A DNA stretch of 64,000 bases from NCBI GenBank assembly GCA_052168235.1, contig JBQLZK010000029.1:1-64000 (forward strand), in the 5' to 3' direction. Of the stretch, positions 55,550-64,000 are shown in pieces. The notes beneath the pieces were generated by a model. The model worked only from the letters and a program-made list of their open reading frames with translations, was not told where the DNA came from and did no database searches. Origin of the DNA: Thainema sp. (GTDB lineage Bacteria; Cyanobacteriota; Cyanobacteriia; Phormidesmidales; Phormidesmidaceae). The stretch's first letter is position 1, and each line of letters starts with the position of its first letter. The translations under genes and the position numbers were made by a program.

Positions 55550-56865
55550 AACTGCCAGTTTAGCTGGGCACCGACGATATCGATGCTGTTGTTGTATTCG
55601 CCCACCAGCGTTCCTGCACCGAGTTCAGTGCGATCAATGTTGCGGTCGTCTATAAATACATGGGTATAGGCAAAGTCAAAACTCAAATTATCTGTTGGTG
55701 CGTAGCTGAGACCGACCGATAACCAAGTGCGATCGCTATCTGGAATGCGAGCTGTGAAGAACTCTTGAGGAACGGGCGTTGGGTCATAGGCCACACCACC
55801 CCGGACAGTCCAAGTTTCGTCAATGTCATAGGTTAATCCTAAGGCCACCCGCAGCGTATCGTTCCAGTTTTCGGGCACGACTGTATCTGGTTGGATGGAG
55901 TCATAGGAAATTCGCAGTTCCTGAAAATCGCTCCAGTTTGTCCAAGTCAAATCACCCGTCAGCGCCAACTGGGGACTCAGTTGCTGATATAGCCCCAAGG
56001 AGAGCGTGTCCGGTAGATTCACTTCCGCATTGGCATCGGTATCTGTAAAAAGTCCCGTTGCTGTCAGCGGCGTGGCTGTAGCTGGTACGGTAAAGTCGGC
56101 GCGACCCTGTAGCGTGTGGTTGACCGCTGACCGATAGGCTAGACCAATGCGGGTTGTGGTCGAGGGTTCGTACAGGACTCCCACGTTGTAACCCAAGCTC
56201 CAGTCATCACCCGACACACTGGCGAAACCATCAGCCTGCTGCGGCAGAATTGGCGCACCCTGAGACGCTAAGATAGCGCCAAAATCAATCGCATTGGACA
56301 GCTCAGCATCGGCATATTGCACATTTAGTCCGGCCCCAATGGCCACGTCTTCACTCAGCTGGAAGGCCACTGTAGGATTGATGTTGATCGTCACCAGCTC
56401 CGACTTGATCGCCTGGTAGCGTCCCACCCAATCGCTATCGTAATTGGTTTCTAGACCAAAGGGAGTATTAACACCAATGCCCACCATCACTCGGTCGTTA
56501 ACTTGAAATGCTCCGTATAGGTTTGGCAGAAAGATGGTCGGCCCTGCATCTCCACCATCTCCGCCTGAAAGGGGCGAACCGGGTGCGATCGCAGATCCCT
56601 GGTCGGTAAACTGAATGCTGGGAAAAATGACATAGCCAGCACCAGCGACACCACCATTACCCGGTAACCGCATCAAGCCTGCTGGATTAAAGAAAATTGT
56701 ACTCAGATCATCTAGTCCTGCTGCACCACTAGATGCCGCTGTACCTAAATTGATCACGCCCTGTTCAGACAGGGCAAATCCAGACGCAAATGCTCGCTCA
56801 GTCCAAGCGATCAGGCTCATGCCAGCCAGCAGCGACGCCAGGGAAACCTTGAAGAAAGAAGCCAT
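55546..56865 (-). CDS. OmpP1/FadL family outer-membrane transporter
   Basis: Signal peptide, ASGFALSEQ, IFFNPAGL, PFGL, ININPTVA, RIPDSDR, C-terminal Phe. Confidence 0.93.
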   Translation of the reverse strand: MASFFKVSLASLLAGMSLIAWTERAFASGFALSEQGVINLGTAASSGAAGLDDLSTIFFNPAGLMRLPGNGGVAGAGYVIFPSIQFTDQGSAIAPGSPLSGGDGGDAGPTIFLPNLYGAFQVNDRVMVGIGVNTPFGLETNYDSDWVGRYQAIKSELVTININPTVAFQLSEDVAIGAGLNVQYADAELSNAIDFGAILASQGAPILPQQADGFASVSGDDWSLGYNVGVLYEPSTTTRIGLAYRSAVNHTLQGRADFTVPATATPLTATGLFTDTDANAEVNLPDTLSLGLYQQLSPQLALTGDLTWTNWSDFQELRISYDSIQPDTVVPENWNDTLRVALGLTYDIDETWTVRGGVAYDPTPVPQEFFTARIPDSDRTWLSVGLSYAPTDNLSFDFAYTHVFIDDRNIDRTELGAGTLVGEYNNSIDIVGAQLNWQF

Positions 56866-56958
56866 CTTATCTATTGTTCGTGTAGGAAGTCATAAATGTA
56901 GACCCCAACAATACCGCCCACAGGAACCGCAGTAGCTGATCGCCTCTAAAAATCTTCA

Positions 56959-57050
56959 TATAGCGGTTCTAGATAAGAACGAGAGAGGAGAGTGCCTCAT
57001 CCTGAGGCACTCTCCTCTCTCGCTTTCTCACTCTTAACTGGATCACTATA
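56959..57050. mobile_element. MITE-like palindromic element with TATAG ends
   Basis: TATAGCGGTTCTAG..CTGGATCACTATA imperfect terminal inverted repeats, internal perfect stem GAGAGAGGAGAGTGCCTCA/TGAGGCACTCTCCTCTCTC. Confidence 0.55.
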
Positions 57051-57148
57051 AATTCAGGGTTTCACCGAAAATGGCCACCGCGATGCGGCCATCTCTTTTG
57101 ATTTTCACTTCGGTTTTTACTTTGGCTTTTACTTTGGTCTTTATGACG

Positions 57149-57826
57149 TTACACCGATACCAACCCCAGCTTCAGCGCTTTCACAATTGCCTGTGTGCGG
57201 CTGCGGACATCGAGTTTTTCAAAGATGGCGGTTAGATGTGCTTTCACAGTGGCCACGGTGATATGGAGCTGATGTGCGATCGCATCATTGGAAGCTCCCT
57301 GCACTAGCCACTGCAGCACCTGCTGTTCCCGATCGGTCAAATTCAGCGCCTGACAAGCCTGGAGCGATCGACCCGCATAGAAATGAAACAGGCGGAAAAA
57401 GCTGGTAGCAATCTCGGGTGACAGATAGATCTGGTCTTGCAGAATGGTGGTGACGGCATCAAAAAGCTGATCACCGACGTGATCTTTGCAAACATAGCCC
57501 TGTGCGCCGGCCTGCATCGCTTGAAACACCCATTCATCCTCATGGTGAACCGAGAGCACCAGCGTTTTGGTCGAGCGATTCTGTTCGTGTAGCGTATACA
57601 GCACGCTAATGCCGCTTTCCTGGGCTAGTTCCATATCTAGCAGCATGAGCATTGGATGCTGTTCCTGTACTAAATGAATCGCCTGATCGACCGATGCAGC
57701 TTCTCCCACAATCTGAAACTGAATCTCACTATTGCTGCTGTAGAAATCTAGGAGGGTTCGTAACCCTTGCCGGAAGGGGCGTGAGTCATCCACTAACAGA
57801 ACGGAAAAAGGCACTTGAGTCATCAT
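57149..57826 (-). CDS. NarL/LuxR family response regulator
   Basis: LLVDD, MLLD phospho-acceptor, conserved K, LTDREQQVL..SNDAIAHQL..TVKAHLTAIFEKL. Confidence 0.95.
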   Translation of the reverse strand: MMTQVPFSVLLVDDSRPFRQGLRTLLDFYSSNSEIQFQIVGEAASVDQAIHLVQEQHPMLMLLDMELAQESGISVLYTLHEQNRSTKTLVLSVHHEDEWVFQAMQAGAQGYVCKDHVGDQLFDAVTTILQDQIYLSPEIATSFFRLFHFYAGRSLQACQALNLTDREQQVLQWLVQGASNDAIAHQLHITVATVKAHLTAIFEKLDVRSRTQAIVKALKLGLVSV

Positions 57827-57879
57827 GACAATCGCTGAATGCTGCTCGATACGGAATTTGCTGAAAATTTGCCGAGAAG

Positions 57880-59196
57880 CTACGTTACATAACGCGGCAG
57901 TGTGATTGAAATCTGGGTTCCCCCGGTGGGTAAATTCTCAGCCCAAAGACTCCCCTGATGATCCAGCACAATCTTTTGTGCGATCGCAAGTCCCAATCCC
58001 GTACCGTCTTCCCGCTTGGTATAGAACGGGCGAAACATTTGCTCTAAATCCGTTGCGCTCAAGCCTGGGCCCTGGTCGGTAACCGTAATCAGCGCCTCGC
58101 GCTGAAATAGCTGCCAGCGACAGGTAATCTGCCCACCCACTGGACTAAAGCAGATGGCATTGTGCAGCACATTATCCAGCACGTGTCTGAATTGATGAGC
58201 ATCAATCGGTAACCGAATCGGCGTGGTGGAACAATCAACCCGGAGCTGTTTTTCGGTAATCAACGGCTGCAGCTCTTGCACACTAGTAGCCCAAATCGCC
58301 GCCAAATCACAGGCAAGAAGCTGGAGCTGACCACCCTGAGCGTAGCGAATCAGGTGGGTTAGCCGCTCACCCAGTTCCTGCAAAAACCCCTTCATTTGGC
58401 CAGCTTGGGCTTGCGTTGTCTCTGTGGTAGCCAAACGGCAAAGATTATCGGTATAGAGACGGAGGAGGGCAAGGGGGTGACGCAGTTGATGACCAATGCG
58501 CTGAAAAACTTGTTCGAGTAGCTGGATTTCAGTAGATTGGCGCTGACAGGTTTGCTCAAGCTCTAGGTGCTGCTGAATGGTGAGAATGTGCTGCTCTAGC
58601 TGCTGCTGTGCTATGACGGATAATGGAGCTGGCTGCCAGATCAGTAAATAATCAGGATGCGGCTGGTTTGTACAGGATGCTGATTCGGCCTGGGTTGAAG
58701 AGCCATGCGGCATCTGGCTTATACCATCGCAGTGAGGGACTGAACCCTGATGCAGACACTGGGCATAAATCACCGACTGATCATCCAGCGTTAAAGCACG
58801 CAGCCCAGCGGAAGCCGTCATGTCATCTAAAAAATCTTGCGATTCAAGGTACGTCTGATAGGCAATATCCAGCTCTGCATTCGCTGTATTGTGGCAAACG
58901 AGCTGATGTCGCTTTCCGGTTTGCACATCGGAGTAGAACATCCAGCCCGCTCGCGCCTGATAGCGCTGCACAATTAGCTCTAGCTGTAAGTCAGCAAATG
59001 ATCGAGTTATATCAGCGATGGGCTGTTGGATGCCTGGAATGCTAATCTCATCAAAGTCACAGGCACGGGTGTAGGTACTCATCTGCCTGCCACCGAGATT
59101 ATTCTCTTCAGTCGTCCTATAAGCCATACTGCTAGTCGTATCAGGGGCATGACCAAGCTGATCGGGGTCTAGGTCGTTTAGGAGAGTATGAGTCAT
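57880..59196 (-). CDS. Soluble sensor histidine kinase (start uncertain; 59082 is an alternative)
   Basis: H-box GHQLRHPL, N-box NVLHNAI, DQGPG, FRPFYTK, GTGLGLAI; no TM segment. Confidence 0.9.
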   Translation of the reverse strand: MTHTLLNDLDPDQLGHAPDTTSSMAYRTTEENNLGGRQMSTYTRACDFDEISIPGIQQPIADITRSFADLQLELIVQRYQARAGWMFYSDVQTGKRHQLVCHNTANAELDIAYQTYLESQDFLDDMTASAGLRALTLDDQSVIYAQCLHQGSVPHCDGISQMPHGSSTQAESASCTNQPHPDYLLIWQPAPLSVIAQQQLEQHILTIQQHLELEQTCQRQSTEIQLLEQVFQRIGHQLRHPLALLRLYTDNLCRLATTETTQAQAGQMKGFLQELGERLTHLIRYAQGGQLQLLACDLAAIWATSVQELQPLITEKQLRVDCSTTPIRLPIDAHQFRHVLDNVLHNAICFSPVGGQITCRWQLFQREALITVTDQGPGLSATDLEQMFRPFYTKREDGTGLGLAIAQKIVLDHQGSLWAENLPTGGTQISITLPRYVT

Positions 59197-60279
59197 AATT
59201 TGCTGGCAGTTGCGATCGCAACGCCTGATGGTGAGAACAAGTTCGATCCAGCATTTGGAGGCCAATGCTGAGTAGATGCAACAGCGATTGAATCGATTGA
59301 ATCAATTAAATTCTTCCAGGATTTTGTTAAGGTTCTGAAACCACTAAGAAACAGTTAACTAAACAACATCAATGCCACAAATACTCGACAACGTCTCGCC
59401 TACTACTTTGGTTAGATTTCTTTTATCAACCAATCAGGCTATAGTCACCATTAACAAACCGCTTACACAGACTTTTTACGTAGATCCTTGCTTGATCTAA
59501 ATTCTTTTTATACCTCTTAAGGTTGATGTAACCACTCACACTCTATAACTGAATTTCTACAAGGTACCTGGTTTGCTAATTGAATCTAAATGATCTAAAT
59601 CATAGGATCAGCGTGATCTAGGCTAGAGAACCATAGGTGAGAGCAAAATTCAGGCCCCGTAATTGAGATCAGGATCAAAAACTACAAATCGCTAAAATCC
59701 CCTAAAAGCGTTTTGGCTAAAGCCAGATTAATCCCTTCATGAATGGCTGAAAATCCGTAGAAACATGGATCAGCTAGTTACATCTGTTTACAAAATCAGC
59801 ACACATTAGTGCAGCACTTTACAAACAGAAATAATTAGTTGCAGTTCGCAAAACAAAGTTTACATTTCACAAATTAGGTTTGCTAGCGCCTATTTTGCAT
59901 CAAAGAAATTAAAATCGGGCTATCAGGTTGGCATTGATCAATCAAGTCGAGATTTGATCAGCTGAATCACTCATTTAGCTCTATTTTATTCAGCCAAAGC
60001 AAACAGGTGAACTTGCTCATTCCCCTAGGAATCAGCTTCAAAAATCGAGATATATCGTTTCAATTCTGTTTCAAATTGAAAGCTACTTTAACCCATTCAA
60101 AACATTAAACAGAAATTAAGTTTTCCAGCACTGCCTACATCCTTGCCTGTGTGACGATATTGGCCGCAGTTGACTGCGTGGAAATAGCTGATGATAAAAA
60201 TTTCGACCAAAGTCTAATAACGATACGCCATCTTTATTCCCTAAGCTGTGCCTATCTCAGATGACTGAGGTTCAGGTTT

Positions 60280-60822
60280 ATGATTCCTGCTGTGGCCCAA
60301 ACCCTAGCCCAGATATTGGTTGCGGGCACCTCGATTGGCAGCACCGAACAAATTGATTTTGGCTATCCCGGTCTTAAACAGGACTCAACACCGTGCCTGA
60401 ATCTCTTTTTCTATGGTGTGCAGGAAAGCCAACATTTGGCTTCCACTCGAACGGTGCGATCGCAAATTACAGATGTCACTAATTCAACCCTACCCTCAGT
60501 GAGCTGGTACAACGTGCTGTTCTTGCTAGTGGCTTGGGATGAAACCAGTCTGGGTGAACAGCGTTTGCTTTCTGAAGCATTGATGCTGCTACGGTGCTAC
60601 CCGGCAGTGCCAGAAGCCATTCTGGCTCCTGTACTGCAAGGTTACGGTGCACTGCCGTTAGAGGTATCAACGATTCAACTATCCAAGATCTTCAAGCTGT
60701 GGCATGCGCTTCAACTTCCTCTGCGCCCTTCTCTGCATGTGTCGGTGACGGCTCCTTTGAGCCTAGACAGCGTTATGCTGCCGACCTATGCAGATATTTT
60801 GTCGTGCTCGTCTGGAGTCTAG
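60280..60822 (+). CDS. DUF4255/Pvc16 (Afp16-like) CIS-associated protein
   Basis: LNLFFYGVQE, LLVAWD..LGEQRLLSEAL..L, LWHALQLPLRPSLHVSVTAP; lies directly before the sheath gene. Confidence 0.82.
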   Translation: MIPAVAQTLAQILVAGTSIGSTEQIDFGYPGLKQDSTPCLNLFFYGVQESQHLASTRTVRSQITDVTNSTLPSVSWYNVLFLLVAWDETSLGEQRLLSEALMLLRCYPAVPEAILAPVLQGYGALPLEVSTIQLSKIFKLWHALQLPLRPSLHVSVTAPLSLDSVMLPTYADILSCSSGV

Positions 60823-60896
60823 TTCTATGGCGTAGCGCTAGAGCAGCACATTAACCCCTTAAGTATTCCTATCCCATTCATGGAGGATGGCTATCA

Positions 60897-62612
60897 ATGG
60901 CTTTAGACTATTTTGCTCCTGGTGTATACGTTGAGGAGGTCGATCGCGGCAGTCGCCCGATTGAAGGTGTGAGCCTCAGCGTTGCTGGATTTGTCGGTTT
61001 TACGGAAGATGTGCGCGGCGACGCCGAACTCTTCAAACCCATGCTGGTGACCAACTGGGGTCAATACCTAGAGTATTTCTCCAAACCCGGTTCAGATGGT
61101 TTTACCGACGATAATTTCTATCTCCCCTTTGCGGTGCAGGGCTGGTTTCTCAACGGTGGCGGTCGCTGCTGGGTTACCAGTATTGGTACGAAGCTACCAG
61201 GATCAGAGCCAGCTCCACCGGAAGATACAGGCTATCGGCTACCCACCTCCAGCGGCAAGCCCTCTCTACGCTTTAATCTGAAGCCAGCCGAGGAAGAAGA
61301 AGGCGGAGCCCTTGCTCTACCCTCAGCTAACGATGATCGGATTCGAGTATTGGTTACAGAAGGTGAACCCAAACCACTGCCAGAGGACGCGCCAGAAGAT
61401 GCAGAAGCACCTTTGAATTCCGGCGAATTCTTTACGGTAACGGTAATGCGGGGCAGTGAGCAACTTGAAAAATATGAACACCTCACGATGAATCCCGAAG
61501 CTGAAACCGAGGTTGCAGACTATGTTGTAACCGCACTGGAAGCATCGGAATTCGTTGATATTGCAGATATCTCGGTATCGGGTCAACCGCTATCCCGGCG
61601 TCCCGCTTACGGTTCCTACGAAATTGCTCCACCACCTTATATTTCGTCAGAAGACCGCTTCTCCCGTGACCTACAGGGTCAACGCGACGACCGTACAGGC
61701 ATGCAGGGCATCTTTGAAGTAGACGAAGTGGCAATGGTTGCCTGTCCTGACCTAGTGCGGGTTTATGAACAAGGCTTGATGGACATTGACCAAGTGCATG
61801 GCGTTATGGAAATGATGCTGAGCATGTGCGAAAATTCTTTCCCTGGCCCTGCCTATCGGATGGCTGTCCTTGATCCACCGCCAATTAAGCCTGGTAAAGG
61901 TGGTGATGCCGTTGCACCTGAAACCCAGAAGCCACAGGACGTGGCTCAGTGGCTCAGTATGTTCAATCGCCGCTCTATGTTCGGCGCGCTGTACTATCCC
62001 TGGATCAAAGTGGCTAATCCCCGTAATGGGGGTCGGCCCATTATGGTGCCACCTTGCGGTCACATGATGGGTATTTGGTGCCGCACTGATGAATCTCGTG
62101 GTGTTTTCAAAGCACCAGCCAATGAGACTCCCAGAGGTGTAATTGGCCTAGCCTACGAAACCAATATGCGAGAGCAAGAGCTGCTCAACCCACTTGGCAT
62201 CAACTGTATTCGTAACTTTGCCAACTACAACCGTGGTCTAAAAGTATGGGGTGCCCGTACCTTGGTTGAACCGGATAACGTCCAGTGGCGGTATATCAGT
62301 GTGCGCCGCTTGCTCAGCTACATTGAAAAGTCGATTGAAATTGGGACTCAGTGGGTTGTCTTTGAACCAAATGATCAAGACCTCTGGGCACGAGTCACTC
62401 GTACAGTCAGCAACTTCCTAGAGCGGCTTTGGCGGGAAGGAGCCTTATTTGGTGGCTCTCCGTCTGAAGCGTTCTACGTCAAGTGCGATGGTGAGTTGAA
62501 CACCCATGAAACGATGATGCTCGGTCGCTTATATGTTGAAGTTGGCGTTTGCCCAGTCCGTCCGGCTGAATTCGTCATCTTCCGCATCAGCCAATGGGCA
62601 CCGAATCAATAA
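60897..62612 (+). CDS. Contractile tail sheath protein (Afp2/3/4-like) of a CIS/eCIS
   Basis: YFAPGVYVEEV, FLNGGGRC, ALYYPW, RGVFKAPAN, LNPLGINCIR, VWGART, YISVRR, VFEPND, PAEFVIFRI. Confidence 0.96.
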   Translation: MALDYFAPGVYVEEVDRGSRPIEGVSLSVAGFVGFTEDVRGDAELFKPMLVTNWGQYLEYFSKPGSDGFTDDNFYLPFAVQGWFLNGGGRCWVTSIGTKLPGSEPAPPEDTGYRLPTSSGKPSLRFNLKPAEEEEGGALALPSANDDRIRVLVTEGEPKPLPEDAPEDAEAPLNSGEFFTVTVMRGSEQLEKYEHLTMNPEAETEVADYVVTALEASEFVDIADISVSGQPLSRRPAYGSYEIAPPPYISSEDRFSRDLQGQRDDRTGMQGIFEVDEVAMVACPDLVRVYEQGLMDIDQVHGVMEMMLSMCENSFPGPAYRMAVLDPPPIKPGKGGDAVAPETQKPQDVAQWLSMFNRRSMFGALYYPWIKVANPRNGGRPIMVPPCGHMMGIWCRTDESRGVFKAPANETPRGVIGLAYETNMREQELLNPLGINCIRNFANYNRGLKVWGARTLVEPDNVQWRYISVRRLLSYIEKSIEIGTQWVVFEPNDQDLWARVTRTVSNFLERLWREGALFGGSPSEAFYVKCDGELNTHETMMLGRLYVEVGVCPVRPAEFVIFRISQWAPNQ

Positions 62613-62649
62613 CGGTGTTATAGAAGCACAAATCTAATAAAACTCAAAT

Positions 62650-62690
62650 TATTTTTTGGAAATGCGGCTAAGCCACGTTTCCAAAAAATA
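62650..62690. terminator. Hairpin between the sheath and the first tube gene
   Basis: TATTTTTTGGAAATGCGGC-TAA-GCCACGTTTCCAAAAAATA. Confidence 0.55.
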
Positions 62691-62718
62691 AAAATCTGGT
62701 TTTAATCAACTTGTGCTT

Positions 62719-62823
62719 TAAGTATGTTGGCATAAATAAATGCATATTTAAAAATCCGGGGGAGCGCCCCTGGGGGGCGCTCCCCCGGATTTTTAAATGC
62801 GTTTATTTATGTGCAGCTACCTA
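62719..62823. repeat. ~100-bp palindromic dispersed repeat, family A (copy 3), inside the CIS operon
   Basis: TAAGTATGTTGGCATAAATAAATGCATATTTAAAAATCCGGGGGAGCGCCCC..GGGGCGCTCCCCCGGATTTTTAAATGCGTTTATTTATGTGCAGCTACCTA. Confidence 0.9.
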
Positions 62824-62864
62824 CCAGTCAGTAATATCAGTCAGCAAAAAAGGAGTTAGAGCAC

Positions 62865-63362
62865 ATGGCTGATCTCAATAAACCTATTGCTCCTAGTAGT
62901 TTTTATCTAGAGATCGCTGGCGTTGTTGATGGCGAAAAGTCCGTCTTCAAGAGCGTCAATATCCCCGATTATGCACCAAAGGTACAGGGCGGTCAGCAGG
63001 CCGTAGGGACAACCAAAGGCGGTAAAACTATTTGGCAAGTCAACACTGCAGGACATGAAGGTTTGTTTAACTTTGATGCTATCTGCATTGCCAGTGGCGA
63101 TGGTGACAGCACCAGCGTCATGATGTACAAGTGGTTTGAAAGCTGTTTACCTGCATCCAATGGAGGTAAAAGCACCTGGAGAGACAACAAAAAAGAAGGT
63201 AGCATTACTGCCTATGACACGGACGGTAAAGAAGTTGCTAAATGGCAATTTACAGAAGCTTGGCCTTCTAAATATAAATGCGCCGATCTTGATGTCGCAA
63301 CCGATAACTACATCGAAGAAACGTACACGATTACCTGCGAGAAATTTAACCGTACTGCTTGA
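62865..63362 (+). CDS. Tail tube protein (T4 gp19/Afp1-5-like)
   Basis: FYLEI, MYKWF, KEGSITAYDTDGKEVAKWQFTEAWPSKY..EETYTITCE; AGGAG RBS; follows the sheath. Confidence 0.88.
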   Translation: MADLNKPIAPSSFYLEIAGVVDGEKSVFKSVNIPDYAPKVQGGQQAVGTTKGGKTIWQVNTAGHEGLFNFDAICIASGDGDSTSVMMYKWFESCLPASNGGKSTWRDNKKEGSITAYDTDGKEVAKWQFTEAWPSKYKCADLDVATDNYIEETYTITCEKFNRTA

Positions 63363-63437
63363 TAAATAGTTCCTAATTGCTTAGCTAGTGACTAGGTAGT
63401 AGAGCTATTTGCCTGATTACTGCACGAGGGCATTGAT

Positions 63438-63920
63438 ATGGTTCAATACTTAACAGATTCCAAGTTTTACTTTGAAATTGATGGGGTAACATCTCTTGTG
63501 CTTAAGAGCGTTACTGGGCCAGAAATTGAGATGGAAGTTGCCGGAGGAGATGCCGCTATTGGCTCTACTAAAGATGCCAAAACTCAGACCCAAGCAACAA
63601 TTGGCGGCGTCAAATATAACTCGACGATTACCCTAACTTATGTGGCGGGTAATGAATCGGATCAGAAAAAGCTGGCCGACTGGTATAACGACTGCCATCC
63701 AGATGCATTTTCTGGCGGTGCATCCAAAGCAATGGACAGCCGCAAAACAGGTTCTCTGGTGATTTATAACCCCAATGGAGTTGAAGCCATGCGCTTTAAC
63801 TTTATTGATTTATTTCCAGGAACGAAGCACCAAATTGGTACTTTATCGGTTGATAGCGGTGGTTCGCTAGCTGAAGATACGTTAGAGCTTTACTTTACTC
63901 AGCTCATTCGTAAGGTCTAA
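63438..63920 (+). CDS. Second tail tube-like protein
   Basis: KFYFEIDG, LADWY, RKTGSLVIYNPNGVEAMRFNFIDLFP, same layout as the first tube. Confidence 0.82.
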   Translation: MVQYLTDSKFYFEIDGVTSLVLKSVTGPEIEMEVAGGDAAIGSTKDAKTQTQATIGGVKYNSTITLTYVAGNESDQKKLADWYNDCHPDAFSGGASKAMDSRKTGSLVIYNPNGVEAMRFNFIDLFPGTKHQIGTLSVDSGGSLAEDTLELYFTQLIRKV

Positions 63921-63937
63921 AAAGATAAGGATATCCA

Positions 63938-64000
63938 ATGCCTGCTTTTCCTGAAATTCTCACTAATGCCAAGTTCTACTTAGAGTTAAAGCTAGACAAT
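63938..64000 (+). CDS. Third tube-like protein, N-terminus only (truncated by the window end)
   Basis: MPAFPEILTNAKFYLELKLDN.. aligns with LTDSKFYFEIDG and SSFYLEI; AAGGA RBS. Confidence 0.72.
   Translation, partial: MPAFPEILTNAKFYLELKLDN

Noticed and set aside
59200..60279. Possible CRISPR array or hidden gene in the 1-kb intergenic region
   Set aside because: Only short irregular words (GATCTAAAT, TTTACA) recur; no constant repeat-spacer period and no ORF of 60 aa or more
60280..64000. Prophage or type VI secretion system interpretation of the sheath and tube genes
   Set aside because: No head, terminase or integrase genes in the window; the sheath is a single phage-type protein rather than TssB/TssC; the DUF4255-like leader gene fits eCIS

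Overview
This is a cyanobacterial chromosomal window, shown by dense HIP1 (GCGATCGC, mostly as TGCGATCGCA), split rpoC1/rpoC2, psbU and psbY. It probably comes from a filamentous Leptolyngbya-like strain (inference). The first ~50 kb is mostly core genome: argG, purM, rlpA, secA, rpsT-tatD-rpoB-rpoC1-rpoC2, pheT, an SpkB-type kinase, menF, sodC, uppP, psbU, nadB, ilvC and glpD. It also holds a Yfr2-type sRNA, several families of small palindromic repeats, and a small HIP1-bounded cassette cluster of toxin-antitoxin-like genes. The last ~10 kb contains regulators (Crp/Fnr protein, ComFB-like protein, FadL porin, soluble histidine kinase plus NarL regulator). These lie just before the start of a contractile injection system (eCIS/CIS) operon: DUF4255/Pvc16-like gene, sheath, and at least three tandem tube-like genes that run off the window end. 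A degenerate CIS-type AAA ATPase lies about 25 kb upstream, bracketed by REP-like elements. Three real small ORFs are missing from the ORF track: psbY, a 58-aa membrane protein paralogous to its neighbour, and the truncated third tube gene. All family calls come from motif recognition; no database searches were run.
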